Both the position numbers and the translations under genes were made by a program. 25,017 bases of DNA from a virus (Duplodnaviria > Caudoviricetes): positions 1 through 25,017 of IMG/VR virus record IMGVR_UViG_3300048599_000801; one strand, written 5' to 3'. Below the pieces are notes generated by a model that worked only from the letters and a program-made list of their open reading frames with translations, was not told the DNA's origin and searched no databases. Position 1 is the first letter of the stretch; the number at the start of each line of letters is the position of its first letter. Shown piece after piece: positions 8,127 through 16,345 of the stretch.

Positions 8127-11100
8127 ATGGCTCGGATGCAATCGTCGGGAAGCGACAGCATTTATAAGATCGAGGAGTGGCTCGGGGTCAATGAGAATCC
8201 GGAGGGGGATACGGGGCTGAGGCTGGGGGAGGCGGCGGCAATGTCGAATTTCAGGATCACCGACAATAAGAAGCTGCAGAAGCGGCCCGGCACGCGGAAT
8301 ATCACGAACCTCCTCTACAACGTCGAGATCACCGTCGCCGACACGCCGGTGACGGTGCTGACGGAGGCGATCGCCTCAACGGCATCGTTCACAGCGTATC
8401 CAACCATCGGCATCAGCGACGCCGGCGGGCTGCTCGTTTTGTCCGGCGCGCCCGTGACCGTGGACTGCGCAACCATCGCCTCGTATCAGAACTATTACCA
8501 CAGGGATCAAAACGGCGTCGTTTACAGGCTGGGGACGTGCGATGTTGATCCCGGACTCGTCGGCGGCGTCGGGCAGTACAGGTGGTCAAAGTGGAGCGCC
8601 GTGGCCAGCTGGTATGCCTATTACGCGCAGGGGGCGTGGACGCTCCAGTCCAGCCGGAGGCTCACGTCCGGTGAGTATGTCAGCGGCTACGCGGCCTACG
8701 GCTTCAGCATGTGGAGCGGAACCTATTCCAATGCGGGGGGCGCGGCGGGCATCGCGTACGGCGCCGTCGGCACGGTTTACAACGCCTCCGGCCGGTCGGT
8801 TGTCCGCGATACCGTCACAGCCGACGGCGCGGACCTTATTGTCACGCGCCATGTGAGCGGCGCGCTGGGACCGTATGACGCCATGAGCTACGTCAAGGGC
8901 GCATCCTCCCTCGGGTATGCTTACGGCCCGGACGGCGCGTATCCGGACAACGGGCAGCAGGCCGATCCCGTGACGGGCACGCTTTACTGGTACGACGGCA
9001 AGGTGGAGAACGCCTCCTATGTCTGGCGCTTTTATCCCGTATCCATCGCCCCCGGCTCCGGCGACACGCCGGTGCGGGGCATCTGGTCGGGGCGGATCGG
9101 CAATACGGAGGTCCTGTGCGCCGCCTGCGACGGGCGGCTGTGGAGCCTGTCCCTGAACGCCCTGCCGAACCTTGTGACGAACAGCAGCCTTGAAAACGGC
9201 GCGGCCGGCTGGACGCTGGGGACATGCGGGTCGATATCGCCCTCCGGCGGGAAATTCGGCGGCCGTTTTATACGCGCCGCGCTATCCGGCGCGCCCTGGG
9301 AGACGCCGTCAAGCACGCTCGCCCTGATGCCGGACCATACATACTATTACAGCGCCTGGCACAAGGTTTTTTCGGCCGACAGCGTGCCGAGGGCTTTAAA
9401 TGTCCTGGCTGTCTTCGACGCGGCCGACACGAAAATAGCATCTTACGGCGGCGCTGCCGAAGAAGCGCCCACGGACTGGACGCGGGCCGGCTGCGTTTTC
9501 ACGGCGCCGGAAACAGCCGCTTACGGTGAGATCCACGTTCTGGGCGCGGCGGCGGGCAGCATCACCTGCGACGCCGGCGGCGACGGCTATGTGCTGCTGG
9601 ACCTGACGTCCCTCTTCAGTGATATCCCGACCCTGGAATGGTGCGATAGGTATATCGACTATTGCGGCGACACGCTGACGGTGACCGACCCCGGCACGTC
9701 CGTCTGGATCAAGAAGAATATCGGGCCGCTGGACACGTCGGGCAAGGTGTTTTTCTTCGGCTTCGATTCGAAGCTGTACATGCTCAGCGGCTTGGAATAC
9801 AAGGTCTGGGACGGCGTGACGCTGGAAACGGTCGCGGGCTATATACCCGTCACCGTCGTGGCGTCGCCCCCCTCGGGGGGCGGGACGGCGCTGGAGCGCG
9901 TCAATATGCTCAGCCCCGGACGCCGCGTCCGGTTCTCGCCGGACGGTACGTCAACGCTGTATAAGCTCCCGGAGCAAAGCCTCGCCGGGGTAAACTGGGT
10001 GAAAAACCTCGTATCGGGGACGGACTTCGTGCCGGGGACGGACTACACGGCAAACCTCGCGGCCGGGACCGTCACCTTCACAGCGGCTCCAGCGGCGGGG
10101 ACGGATACGGTGGAGATCTGCTATGCCGTCCCGGAATCACAGCGGGCGGTCCTCGAGGCAATGACCCGGGCGGAGCTCTACAACGGGGAGAACGACAACA
10201 GGGTCTTCCTCTACGGCGACGGCACCAACAAAGCATATTACAGCGACCTGGATTATAATGGCCGGCCGACGGCGGAGTATTTCCCCGATCTGAACGTCGT
10301 CAGCGTCGGCGATTCCAACACGCCGCTTTACGACCTGCTGCGCCACTACAACGAGCTCATCGCCTTCAAGGACGGCTCGGCCCACCGGATCCGGTACGGG
10401 CAGATCACGCTCTCCGGCGGCGCGGTGACGGCGGCGTTTTATGTGGAGACGATCAACAAGGTCATTGGCGGGAGCGGGTACGGGCAGGCCCAGCTGGTGG
10501 AGAACCACCCGCGCTCCCTGGACGGGCGGTCCGTTTACGAGTGGGTCGCCGCGTCGTCGGGCGGCATCGCCTCCGACCAGCGCAACGCCCTGCGCATCTC
10601 CCAAAAGGTCGAGAGCACCATCCGGGAGCTGGACTTCAAAAAGGTGATGACGTTTTACGACAAGATCAGCCACGAGTATTACATTGTCGAGAACGACACC
10701 GCCATCGTCCAGAACACCGAAAACGGCGCGTGGTTTGTCTACCGCGCCTTTCCGGCGCTGTGCATGATCGTCTACAAGGACGAGGTGTATTACGGTTCCG
10801 GCGACGGCTATATCCGCCACCTGACCGACGGCTGCAAAAACGACTGCGGCCGGGAGATTTCCTGCTACTGGGAATCGGGCGCGGAGTCCTTCGGCAAAAA
10901 CTTCATGAAGAAATTCACGGACGAAATCTATATCGTGCCCAAGCAGGAGGAGAGCGCCTGTGTCAGCGTGACGCTTCTGACGGACGAAATGGCGGCGCCC
11001 GAGCACACGCAGACCGTCGTAACGGGCTTTTTCAGCTTTCTCGAGCTGGGCTTCCGGTACCTCTCCTTCAATGTCAGCCGCCAGCCGAAAACCCACCGCA

Positions 11101-11222
11101 AGAAATTCAGGGCCAAGGGCTATACCTGGCTCAAGCTCATCTTCTCGAGCGTCTCGGCGGACTCGTCCGTCACGCTCCTCTCCGCGTCCGTCAAGGTCCG
11201 GGAGATCAGCAAAGTGAGATAA
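8127..11222 (+). CDS. Tail nozzle-like protein, copy 2, with two large inserted domains (one carbohydrate-binding-module-like)
   Basis: 1031 aa, clearly paralogous to 4669..6498 ('WLGVNENPEGDT', 'LQKRPG', 'YNGENDNRVFLYGDGTNKAYYS', 'YFPDLNV', 'YGQAQLV'). Extra segments lie at ~8304-9068 and ~9162-9690; the latter starts 'NLVTNSSLENGAAGWT' (CBM4/9-like). Confidence 0.7.
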   Translation: MARMQSSGSDSIYKIEEWLGVNENPEGDTGLRLGEAAAMSNFRITDNKKLQKRPGTRNITNLLYNVEITVADTPVTVLTEAIASTASFTAYPTIGISDAGGLLVLSGAPVTVDCATIASYQNYYHRDQNGVVYRLGTCDVDPGLVGGVGQYRWSKWSAVASWYAYYAQGAWTLQSSRRLTSGEYVSGYAAYGFSMWSGTYSNAGGAAGIAYGAVGTVYNASGRSVVRDTVTADGADLIVTRHVSGALGPYDAMSYVKGASSLGYAYGPDGAYPDNGQQADPVTGTLYWYDGKVENASYVWRFYPVSIAPGSGDTPVRGIWSGRIGNTEVLCAACDGRLWSLSLNALPNLVTNSSLENGAAGWTLGTCGSISPSGGKFGGRFIRAALSGAPWETPSSTLALMPDHTYYYSAWHKVFSADSVPRALNVLAVFDAADTKIASYGGAAEEAPTDWTRAGCVFTAPETAAYGEIHVLGAAAGSITCDAGGDGYVLLDLTSLFSDIPTLEWCDRYIDYCGDTLTVTDPGTSVWIKKNIGPLDTSGKVFFFGFDSKLYMLSGLEYKVWDGVTLETVAGYIPVTVVASPPSGGGTALERVNMLSPGRRVRFSPDGTSTLYKLPEQSLAGVNWVKNLVSGTDFVPGTDYTANLAAGTVTFTAAPAAGTDTVEICYAVPESQRAVLEAMTRAELYNGENDNRVFLYGDGTNKAYYSDLDYNGRPTAEYFPDLNVVSVGDSNTPLYDLLRHYNELIAFKDGSAHRIRYGQITLSGGAVTAAFYVETINKVIGGSGYGQAQLVENHPRSLDGRSVYEWVAASSGGIASDQRNALRISQKVESTIRELDFKKVMTFYDKISHEYYIVENDTAIVQNTENGAWFVYRAFPALCMIVYKDEVYYGSGDGYIRHLTDGCKNDCGREISCYWESGAESFGKNFMKKFTDEIYIVPKQEESACVSVTLLTDEMAAPEHTQTVVTGFFSFLELGFRYLSFNVSRQPKTHRKKFRAKGYTWLKLIFSSVSADSSVTLLSASVKVREISKVR

Positions 11223-11234
11223 GGAGGTAATAAC

Positions 11235-12236
11235 ATGTCACTGACAGCATTGACGGCGGATGTTGAAAACATCACGAAGCTTGACGACAACCCGACGCAG
11301 CAGGTGGGCATGACGCCCGCGCTTTTGAAGAGCCGGTTCGACAAGGGTGCCGCCGATATCAAGGCGTTTTTAAACGGCACGCTCATCCCGGAGCTCACGG
11401 CGGCGCTGGGTGACAAGCTCAGCTCGGCCGAGCTCGCGTCGGCGTCCCAGGCGATCCTGGCCTCGGCGCAAGCGTCCGGCCTTTTCGACGGCAACGGCAT
11501 CGCGTCGGTGACGCTCCTGTCCGGCAGCCACGCGCCGGGCACGACGGACACCTACCGCATCACGTTCACCGACAACACCACCTGCGACTTCACGGTCTAC
11601 AACGGCGCGGACGGCCTGGGCCAGGGCGACATGCTCGCGTCCGTCTACGACCCGACGAACACAAACGCCGACGCCTTCAGCATGGCAAATATGGCCGAGG
11701 GCACGACGAACAAGATTTTCACGGCCGCAGAGCGGACAAAGCTCGCCGGCATCGCCGCCGGGGCGGAGGTGAACGTCAACGCCGACTGGAACGCCTCCAG
11801 CGGCGACGCGCAGATTTTGAACAAGCCGGGCCTCACGGCCTTCGGCGGCGGCTATGCCGCCTGCGCCACGGCGGCGGCCACGGCGGCGAAAACCGTGACG
11901 CTGACGGGGTACGCGCTCACTGCCGGCGGCATCGTCGGCGTCAAATTCACAAACGGCAACACCGCCGCAAGCCCGACGCTGAATGTGAGCAGCACCGGCG
12001 CCAAGCCGATCCTCATTGCCGGCGCGGCGGCGGGGAATATGGCGGCCAATTATACGGCGTACCTGCAATATGATGGGACGAACTACAACATGCTCACAAC
12101 GCCTGTCGACGTCGTTGTGCGGTCGGCGACAGCGCCGTCCAACACGTCGGCACTGTGGATAGACACGGGGAACAGCAATGTGCCGAAGTATTATAACGGC
12201 ACATCATGGGTGCCGCTCGTCGCGGTGTGGGGGTGA
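11235..12236 (+). CDS. Tail fibre-like protein 2
   Basis: 333 aa with an AAGGAGG RBS. The N-terminus is homologous to 6510..8078. It carries fibre-type segments '[10 protein letters not shown]', '[33 protein letters not shown]' and '[13 protein letters not shown]', and a terminal '[12 protein letters not shown]....KYYNGTSW' module. Confidence 0.7.
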   Translation: MSLTALTADVENITKLDDNPTQQVGMTPALLKSRFDKGAADIKAFLNGTLIPELTAALGDKLSSAELASASQAILASAQASGLFDGNGIASVTLLSGSHAPGTTDTYRITFTDNTTCDFTVYNGADGLGQGDMLASVYDPTNTNADAFSMANMAEGTTNKIFTAAERTKLAGIAAGAEVNVNADWNASSGDAQILNKPGLTAFGGGYAACATAAATAAKTVTLTGYALTAGGIVGVKFTNGNTAASPTLNVSSTGAKPILIAGAAAGNMAANYTAYLQYDGTNYNMLTTPVDVVVRSATAPSNTSALWIDTGNSNVPKYYNGTSWVPLVAVWG

Positions 12237-12288
12237 GGGCGGAGATGATGACAGCCTTTATATCAAGTGGATTTGGAGGTTATGCGCA

Positions 12289-12888
12289 ATGGCTAGTATA
12301 ACGGCAGCACAGATGGTGACACTTAAGGCCGCGGTAAAAACGGAGATGCAAAGGCGGAACGGCGTCGGCTCTGTCGCGTCTTATGGTGACGCCGCCTGGG
12401 ATTTTCTAACGGCACCGGCTGCTGGCCAGCCGATGCAGAGTGAACAGGGGCATAAGGTAATCGCGCCGATCCTGGCGGTGAAGGATGTGAGCGGCCTTGC
12501 CGATGTTTCGTCGGGCAGTTCGGTGGCGGCAGCTTTTGATTATGCCGGACTCAATACAGTCGTGACGAATCTGGCGGCGGAATCGCGGTATGGCAACTCC
12601 ACTTGCCGGTCTTCCTGCACCGGCCTGTGCGAGGGCAGCTGCACCGGGTCCTGTACCGGCTGCACCAGCTGCACAGGTTCCTGCACAGGCTCCTGCACCG
12701 GCTGCGGCGGTACCTGTTACGGCTCTTGCTACGGCTGCTCCAGTTGTTCGGGCACCTGCACAAGCTGCACCGGCTGCTCGGGCACGTGCACCGGCTGCAC
12801 TGGCTGCGGGGCGGGATGCGCTGGGGGCTGCACCGGCTGCGGAGAGCAATGCAGCTCCAACTGTGTGTATGACGACCTTTTGGCGTAG
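12289..12888 (+). CDS. Cys-rich CxxC/CxxxC-repeat protein, putative radical SAM modification target
   Basis: ATG at 12289 follows GGAGGT (12275-12280), giving 199 aa. A Cys-free ~105-aa N-domain is followed by 25 Cys in 87 aa separated by small residues (T/S/G/A). It lies directly upstream of rSAM genes. Confidence 0.85.
   Translation: MASITAAQMVTLKAAVKTEMQRRNGVGSVASYGDAAWDFLTAPAAGQPMQSEQGHKVIAPILAVKDVSGLADVSSGSSVAAAFDYAGLNTVVTNLAAESRYGNSTCRSSCTGLCEGSCTGSCTGCTSCTGSCTGSCTGCGGTCYGSCYGCSSCSGTCTSCTGCSGTCTGCTGCGAGCAGGCTGCGEQCSSNCVYDDLLA
12604..12864 (+). repeat. Coding tandem micro-repeat (TGCACCGGC-type, 9/12-bp units) encoding C-x(2,3) repeats
   Basis: 14 CxxxC and 10 CxxC spacings, e.g. [22 protein letters not shown]. 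Confidence 0.9.
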
Positions 12889-12895
12889 GTGGCTT

Positions 12896-13189
12896 ATGGA
12901 GATAAAACTGACGGTGAGCCAGGCGCACAGTGATTATATCGAGGGGCTCGAATATGAAGTCAACGCCAGAAAACGCCTTCTCAGCTATATGAGCCGGACA
13001 GGCCTCGGCTGCGCGGAAGTGTACGAGCGGGAGCTCGCGGAATACAGCTTCATGCTCCGGGAAGCGATAAACCTCCTTCTGGAGCTGTATCTGCCGGAGG
13101 AGGAGTATCAGCGGCTGGGCACGCCGGCCTGCCGTTGCTTTGACAGTAAAACCGGAATTCTGAAGATCAGGAGCCATAACCATGATTAA
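12896..13189 (+). CDS. Small accessory protein of the CXXX-repeat peptide modification system
   Basis: 97 aa from ATG 12896 (AGGTGG upstream). It is helical with a terminal 'FDSKTGILKI' strand, and its stop overlaps the rSAM start (ATGATTAA). Size and position match the accessory protein recalled for CXXX-repeat rSAM loci. Confidence 0.6.
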   Translation: MEIKLTVSQAHSDYIEGLEYEVNARKRLLSYMSRTGLGCAEVYERELAEYSFMLREAINLLLELYLPEEEYQRLGTPACRCFDSKTGILKIRSHNHD

Positions 13190-14486
13190 AAGAAACGAGT
13201 ATTTCAACGAAACGATACAGCGGCTGTTTCCCTTTGAGGCGGAAGACGGGCGGCTGCCTGGGCGGACCGTCATTTTCCAGGTAACGGACGGCTGCAACCT
13301 CCGTTGCTCCTACTGCTATCAAACGAACAAGGGCACGCATGTCATGCCGCTGGAGACGGCGAAGAAATTCATCGATCTACTCCTGTCGGACAAATATGAC
13401 TATATCAACACAAAAAATGTGTCCAGCCTCATTGTCGAGTTCATCGGCGGCGAACCGTTTCTGGCCGTTGATGTAATGGATGGGATCACTGATTACTTCA
13501 TCACGCAGATGGCCCTGAAGCACCATCCGTGGGCCGCGCGGTTCCGTATCAGCGTCAGCTCCAACGGAACGCTTTATTTCGAGCCGGGGGTGCAGGAATA
13601 CATAAAGAAATATAGGGACTTCCTGTCTCTGGGTATTACGGTAGACGGCTGCAAAACACTCCACGATGCGTGCCGTGTTTTTCCCGACGGCTCCGGTTCC
13701 TATGACCTGGCGTCTGGGGCCATGTCGCACTACTGTGATGCTTACGGCGGTGAGAAGAAATCAAAAATCACTATCTCGCCGGACAATCTGGCGTTCACAA
13801 AGGATGCTGTCCTGGGGCTGATCGAAGAGGGCTACACGCGCGTGAACCTCAACTGCATTTTTGAGGACATATGGGAACCCGCCCACGCCCCAGTCCTGTA
13901 CACTCAGCTGAAGGCGCTGGCGGACGCGCTCCTCGCCGGCGGACTGTACGAAACCGTCTACGTTTCGATGTTTGAGGAGACGACCGGCTGCCCAATGCAG
14001 CCAGAGGAGCTTACCAACTGGTGCGGCGGGTTGGGCCATATGCTGGCTCTGGACTGGAAGGGAGACATTTACCCCTGCATCCGCTACATGGAATCGTCCC
14101 TTGGAGAGGGCGTCCCACCTGTCATCATCGGGAATGTCGATACGGGTTTATTGTCGACGGAGGCACAGCGAAATATTGTCGCGCAGATGAAAAGCGTCAC
14201 CCGGCGCACCCAGTCGGACGACGAATGCTTTTACTGCCCCATCGCCTTCGGCTGCGGTTACTGCAGCGCGTACAACTATCAGCAGACGGGTAGCTTCAAT
14301 AAGAGGTCCAAGAGCCTCTGCCGCATGCACCGGGCCCGCGCTTTGGCCTGCGTCTATTACTTCAATAAGGTGTTCCGGGCAACGGGTGAGAACAAGCGAT
14401 TTATGAATCATGTACCTGAGGAGTGGGCGCTCGAGCTCATCGGCAGGGAAGAGCTGGATGCGCTCAACGCCTTGGCGCGGCCGTAA
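13182..14486 (+). CDS. Radical SAM/SPASM peptide maturase (CXXX-repeat target family-like)
   Basis: 434 aa with CxxxCxxC 'CNLRCSYC', 'EFIGGEPF' and 'ITVDG...HD..R..PDGSGS'. SPASM cysteines are 'WCGG', 'YPCIRY', 'CFYCPIAFGCGYC' and 'LC'. Confidence 0.93.
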   Translation: MIKRNEYFNETIQRLFPFEAEDGRLPGRTVIFQVTDGCNLRCSYCYQTNKGTHVMPLETAKKFIDLLLSDKYDYINTKNVSSLIVEFIGGEPFLAVDVMDGITDYFITQMALKHHPWAARFRISVSSNGTLYFEPGVQEYIKKYRDFLSLGITVDGCKTLHDACRVFPDGSGSYDLASGAMSHYCDAYGGEKKSKITISPDNLAFTKDAVLGLIEEGYTRVNLNCIFEDIWEPAHAPVLYTQLKALADALLAGGLYETVYVSMFEETTGCPMQPEELTNWCGGLGHMLALDWKGDIYPCIRYMESSLGEGVPPVIIGNVDTGLLSTEAQRNIVAQMKSVTRRTQSDDECFYCPIAFGCGYCSAYNYQQTGSFNKRSKSLCRMHRARALACVYYFNKVFRATGENKRFMNHVPEEWALELIGREELDALNALARP

Positions 14487-14522
14487 ACCGGCCATTAATA
14501 ACGGCTTAGGGAGAGGATTACT

Positions 14523-15785
14523 ATGATAGATAAATCGAAGATGCTTCCGGAAACGAAGGAGGCGCTCATGGAGATGTTAGCGGTGTATTATAGCGCAATG
14601 TCAGCCCGTCTATTCCCTTTCACCGACAACAGCGGCTGCCTGCCGGCACGCACCGCCGTTTTCCGACTGCGTGCCGGTAAAAGCGTCATGCCGTTTGAAA
14701 CAGCACGGAGATTTATAGACTTGCTCGTATCGGACGCTCGTGATTTTCAATCGCCCGGTTCAGCTGGGTTGACCGTCGAATTTGCAGGGGACGAGCCGTT
14801 CCTGGCTGCCGCGCTAATGCAAGAGATAACAACATATCTCCTCTCGCAACTGGAGGAAAAAAGCCACCCGCTGGCGGGGCGGCTCCGCCTCCTGGTTGCC
14901 GTCTCGGGCGCATCGTATTTCGCGCCGGAGACGCAGGCGTATATCGCCGAATACAACCGGTTGCTGACGCTTTGCTTTACAGACGGCGAGACTTCCGCCG
15001 CGGCTGCGGCCCATTACGAACGTGTATATGGCGGCGTCAAAAAAACCGGGGTGACGATCACGCCGGAAAGCCTGAAGCACACGACGAAGACGATTATGGG
15101 CCTTATCGCGTCGGGCTATATGCAGATCGACGCCCGTTGCGATACAGGCAGCCCCTGGGATCTCGATCACGCCATCGCCTTCTACCACCAGTTGAAGGCG
15201 CTGGCGGACGCGATCATCGACGGCGGATATTACGAAAACGTCTGTGTGCAGCTGTTTGAGCAGGACGCCGGTCAGCCCATTCAGGCAAACGAGAGCAGCG
15301 GCTGGGGCGGCGGTCTCGCGTACACGCTGACCCTGGATCACCGCGGTGATATATATTCCTGCATCCGGTATATGGAGTCAGCACTGGGGACGGATATGCA
15401 ACCGGCATCCGTCTGCAGTATCCGCACGGAACCGACAGCGACCTACGAGCAGCAGAAAGCCACCGACGATATGGCCCGCACCACAAGGCGCGCCATATTG
15501 GAGGACATCTGCTATGAATGCCCCATCGCCATGAGATGCCCCAACACCAGCGCCTGCAATTACCGCCTGACGGGCTGCTTCAATAAACGGGCAGCGAACC
15601 TCTGCCCCATGCACAAGGCCCGCGTCCTCGCCTGCGTCTATTATTTCAACAAGGTCTTCCGCCTGAAGGGCGAGAACAAGGTCTTTCAAAACAATGTTCC
15701 CGAGGAGTGGGCGCTTGCCATTGTCGGCAGGGAGGAGCTGGATATGCTCAACGCGCTGGCGTCGCCCAATGCCGCATCGAATTAG
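14523..15785 (+). CDS. Degenerate radical SAM paralog lacking the CxxxCxxC motif (pseudoenzyme)
   Basis: 420-aa intact ORF colinear with 13182..14486, with a near-identical C-terminus ('LACVYYFNKVFR..GENK.F.N.VPEEWAL...GREELD.LNALA'). The cluster loop is deleted and GGEP has become GDEP. Confidence 0.85.
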   Translation: MIDKSKMLPETKEALMEMLAVYYSAMSARLFPFTDNSGCLPARTAVFRLRAGKSVMPFETARRFIDLLVSDARDFQSPGSAGLTVEFAGDEPFLAAALMQEITTYLLSQLEEKSHPLAGRLRLLVAVSGASYFAPETQAYIAEYNRLLTLCFTDGETSAAAAAHYERVYGGVKKTGVTITPESLKHTTKTIMGLIASGYMQIDARCDTGSPWDLDHAIAFYHQLKALADAIIDGGYYENVCVQLFEQDAGQPIQANESSGWGGGLAYTLTLDHRGDIYSCIRYMESALGTDMQPASVCSIRTEPTATYEQQKATDDMARTTRRAILEDICYECPIAMRCPNTSACNYRLTGCFNKRAANLCPMHKARVLACVYYFNKVFRLKGENKVFQNNVPEEWALAIVGREELDMLNALASPNAASN

Positions 15786-15804
15786 GTAAAGGAAAGGCCA
15801 ACAT

Positions 15805-16017
15805 ATGAAACTTACCCGGTTCAGCAAGAAGATCGTTGCGGTGATTATCGCGGCAAACATCGTGTTTACGGCGGCGGTGCTGTACATATTTGTGCGGACG
15901 GGTAGCGAACCTTCAACACTGATTGTTTCATGGTTCGGGTTTACGACGGGGGAGTTGGGGGCGCTGGCGGGGCTGAAGCATTCAGAGAACAGGAATCATC
16001 GTAAGGATGCGGATTGA
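15805..16017 (+). CDS. Small two-TM phage membrane protein (holin-like)
   Basis: 70 aa with a basic N-terminus and two hydrophobic segments; first gene of the lysis cluster. Confidence 0.6.
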   Translation: MKLTRFSKKIVAVIIAANIVFTAAVLYIFVRTGSEPSTLIVSWFGFTTGELGALAGLKHSENRNHRKDAD

Positions 16018-16030
16018 AAGGAGTTTATTT

Positions 16031-16333
16031 ATGAAAACACTTGTACAAAAGCTGCAGAGCCGGAAGCTTTGGGCGGCGGTGGCTGGGATCGTGACGGGGC
16101 TCGCCATGGTCTTCGGGCTGGACGAGGGCATCATGAGTACCGTGTCGGGCGCGGTGGTGGCCGTCTCGTCGGTGATCACGTACATCATCGCAGAGGGCCG
16201 GATCGACGCCGAGGCTGTCAAGGCGGCCATCGAAGCGGCGGAGAAGGCGAGGGAAGCGCTGGAGGGGGAGGAAGACGGAACGGCGGCCGCTGCGGCCGAC
16301 GGCGCGCCGGGGTCGTCGCGCCCTACGGTATAG
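16031..16333 (+). CDS. Putative holin
   Basis: ATG 16031 follows AAAGGAG, giving 100 aa. 'KLQSRKLW' is followed by two TM helices and a charged tail, immediately upstream of the endolysin. Confidence 0.7.
   Translation: MKTLVQKLQSRKLWAAVAGIVTGLAMVFGLDEGIMSTVSGAVVAVSSVITYIIAEGRIDAEAVKAAIEAAEKAREALEGEEDGTAAAAADGAPGSSRPTV
16301..16326 (-). repeat. GTAG-family REP-like hairpin inside the holin 3' end
   Basis: The minus strand reads GTAGGGCGCGACGACCCCGGCGCGCC (GTAG + GGCGCG...CGCGCC stem). Confidence 0.65.
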
Positions 16334-16345
16334 CGGTGATACATA

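Noticed and set aside
4254-12236. Contractile or long-tail system (tailocin, eCIS, siphovirus tail)
   Set aside because: No sheath, tube, baseplate, tape-measure or tail-chaperone frameshift genes are recognisable, and capsid and portal genes are present.
12178-12288. Upstream extension of the Cys-rich ORF given in the ORF track
   Set aside because: It overlaps the fibre-2 gene and lacks an RBS; ATG 12289 has a well-spaced GGAGGT.
12590-12895. N-terminal Ala/Pro-rich half of the 199-aa ORF 12590..13189
   Set aside because: It is an alternate-frame reading of the Cys repeat; the real gene most likely starts at ATG 12896.
12289-15785. Conventional secreted bacteriocin cluster or stand-alone metallothionein
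   Set aside because: There is no transporter, peptidase or double-glycine leader, and the protein has a long N-domain and sits within the tail operon next to a maturase. Metal binding is not excluded.
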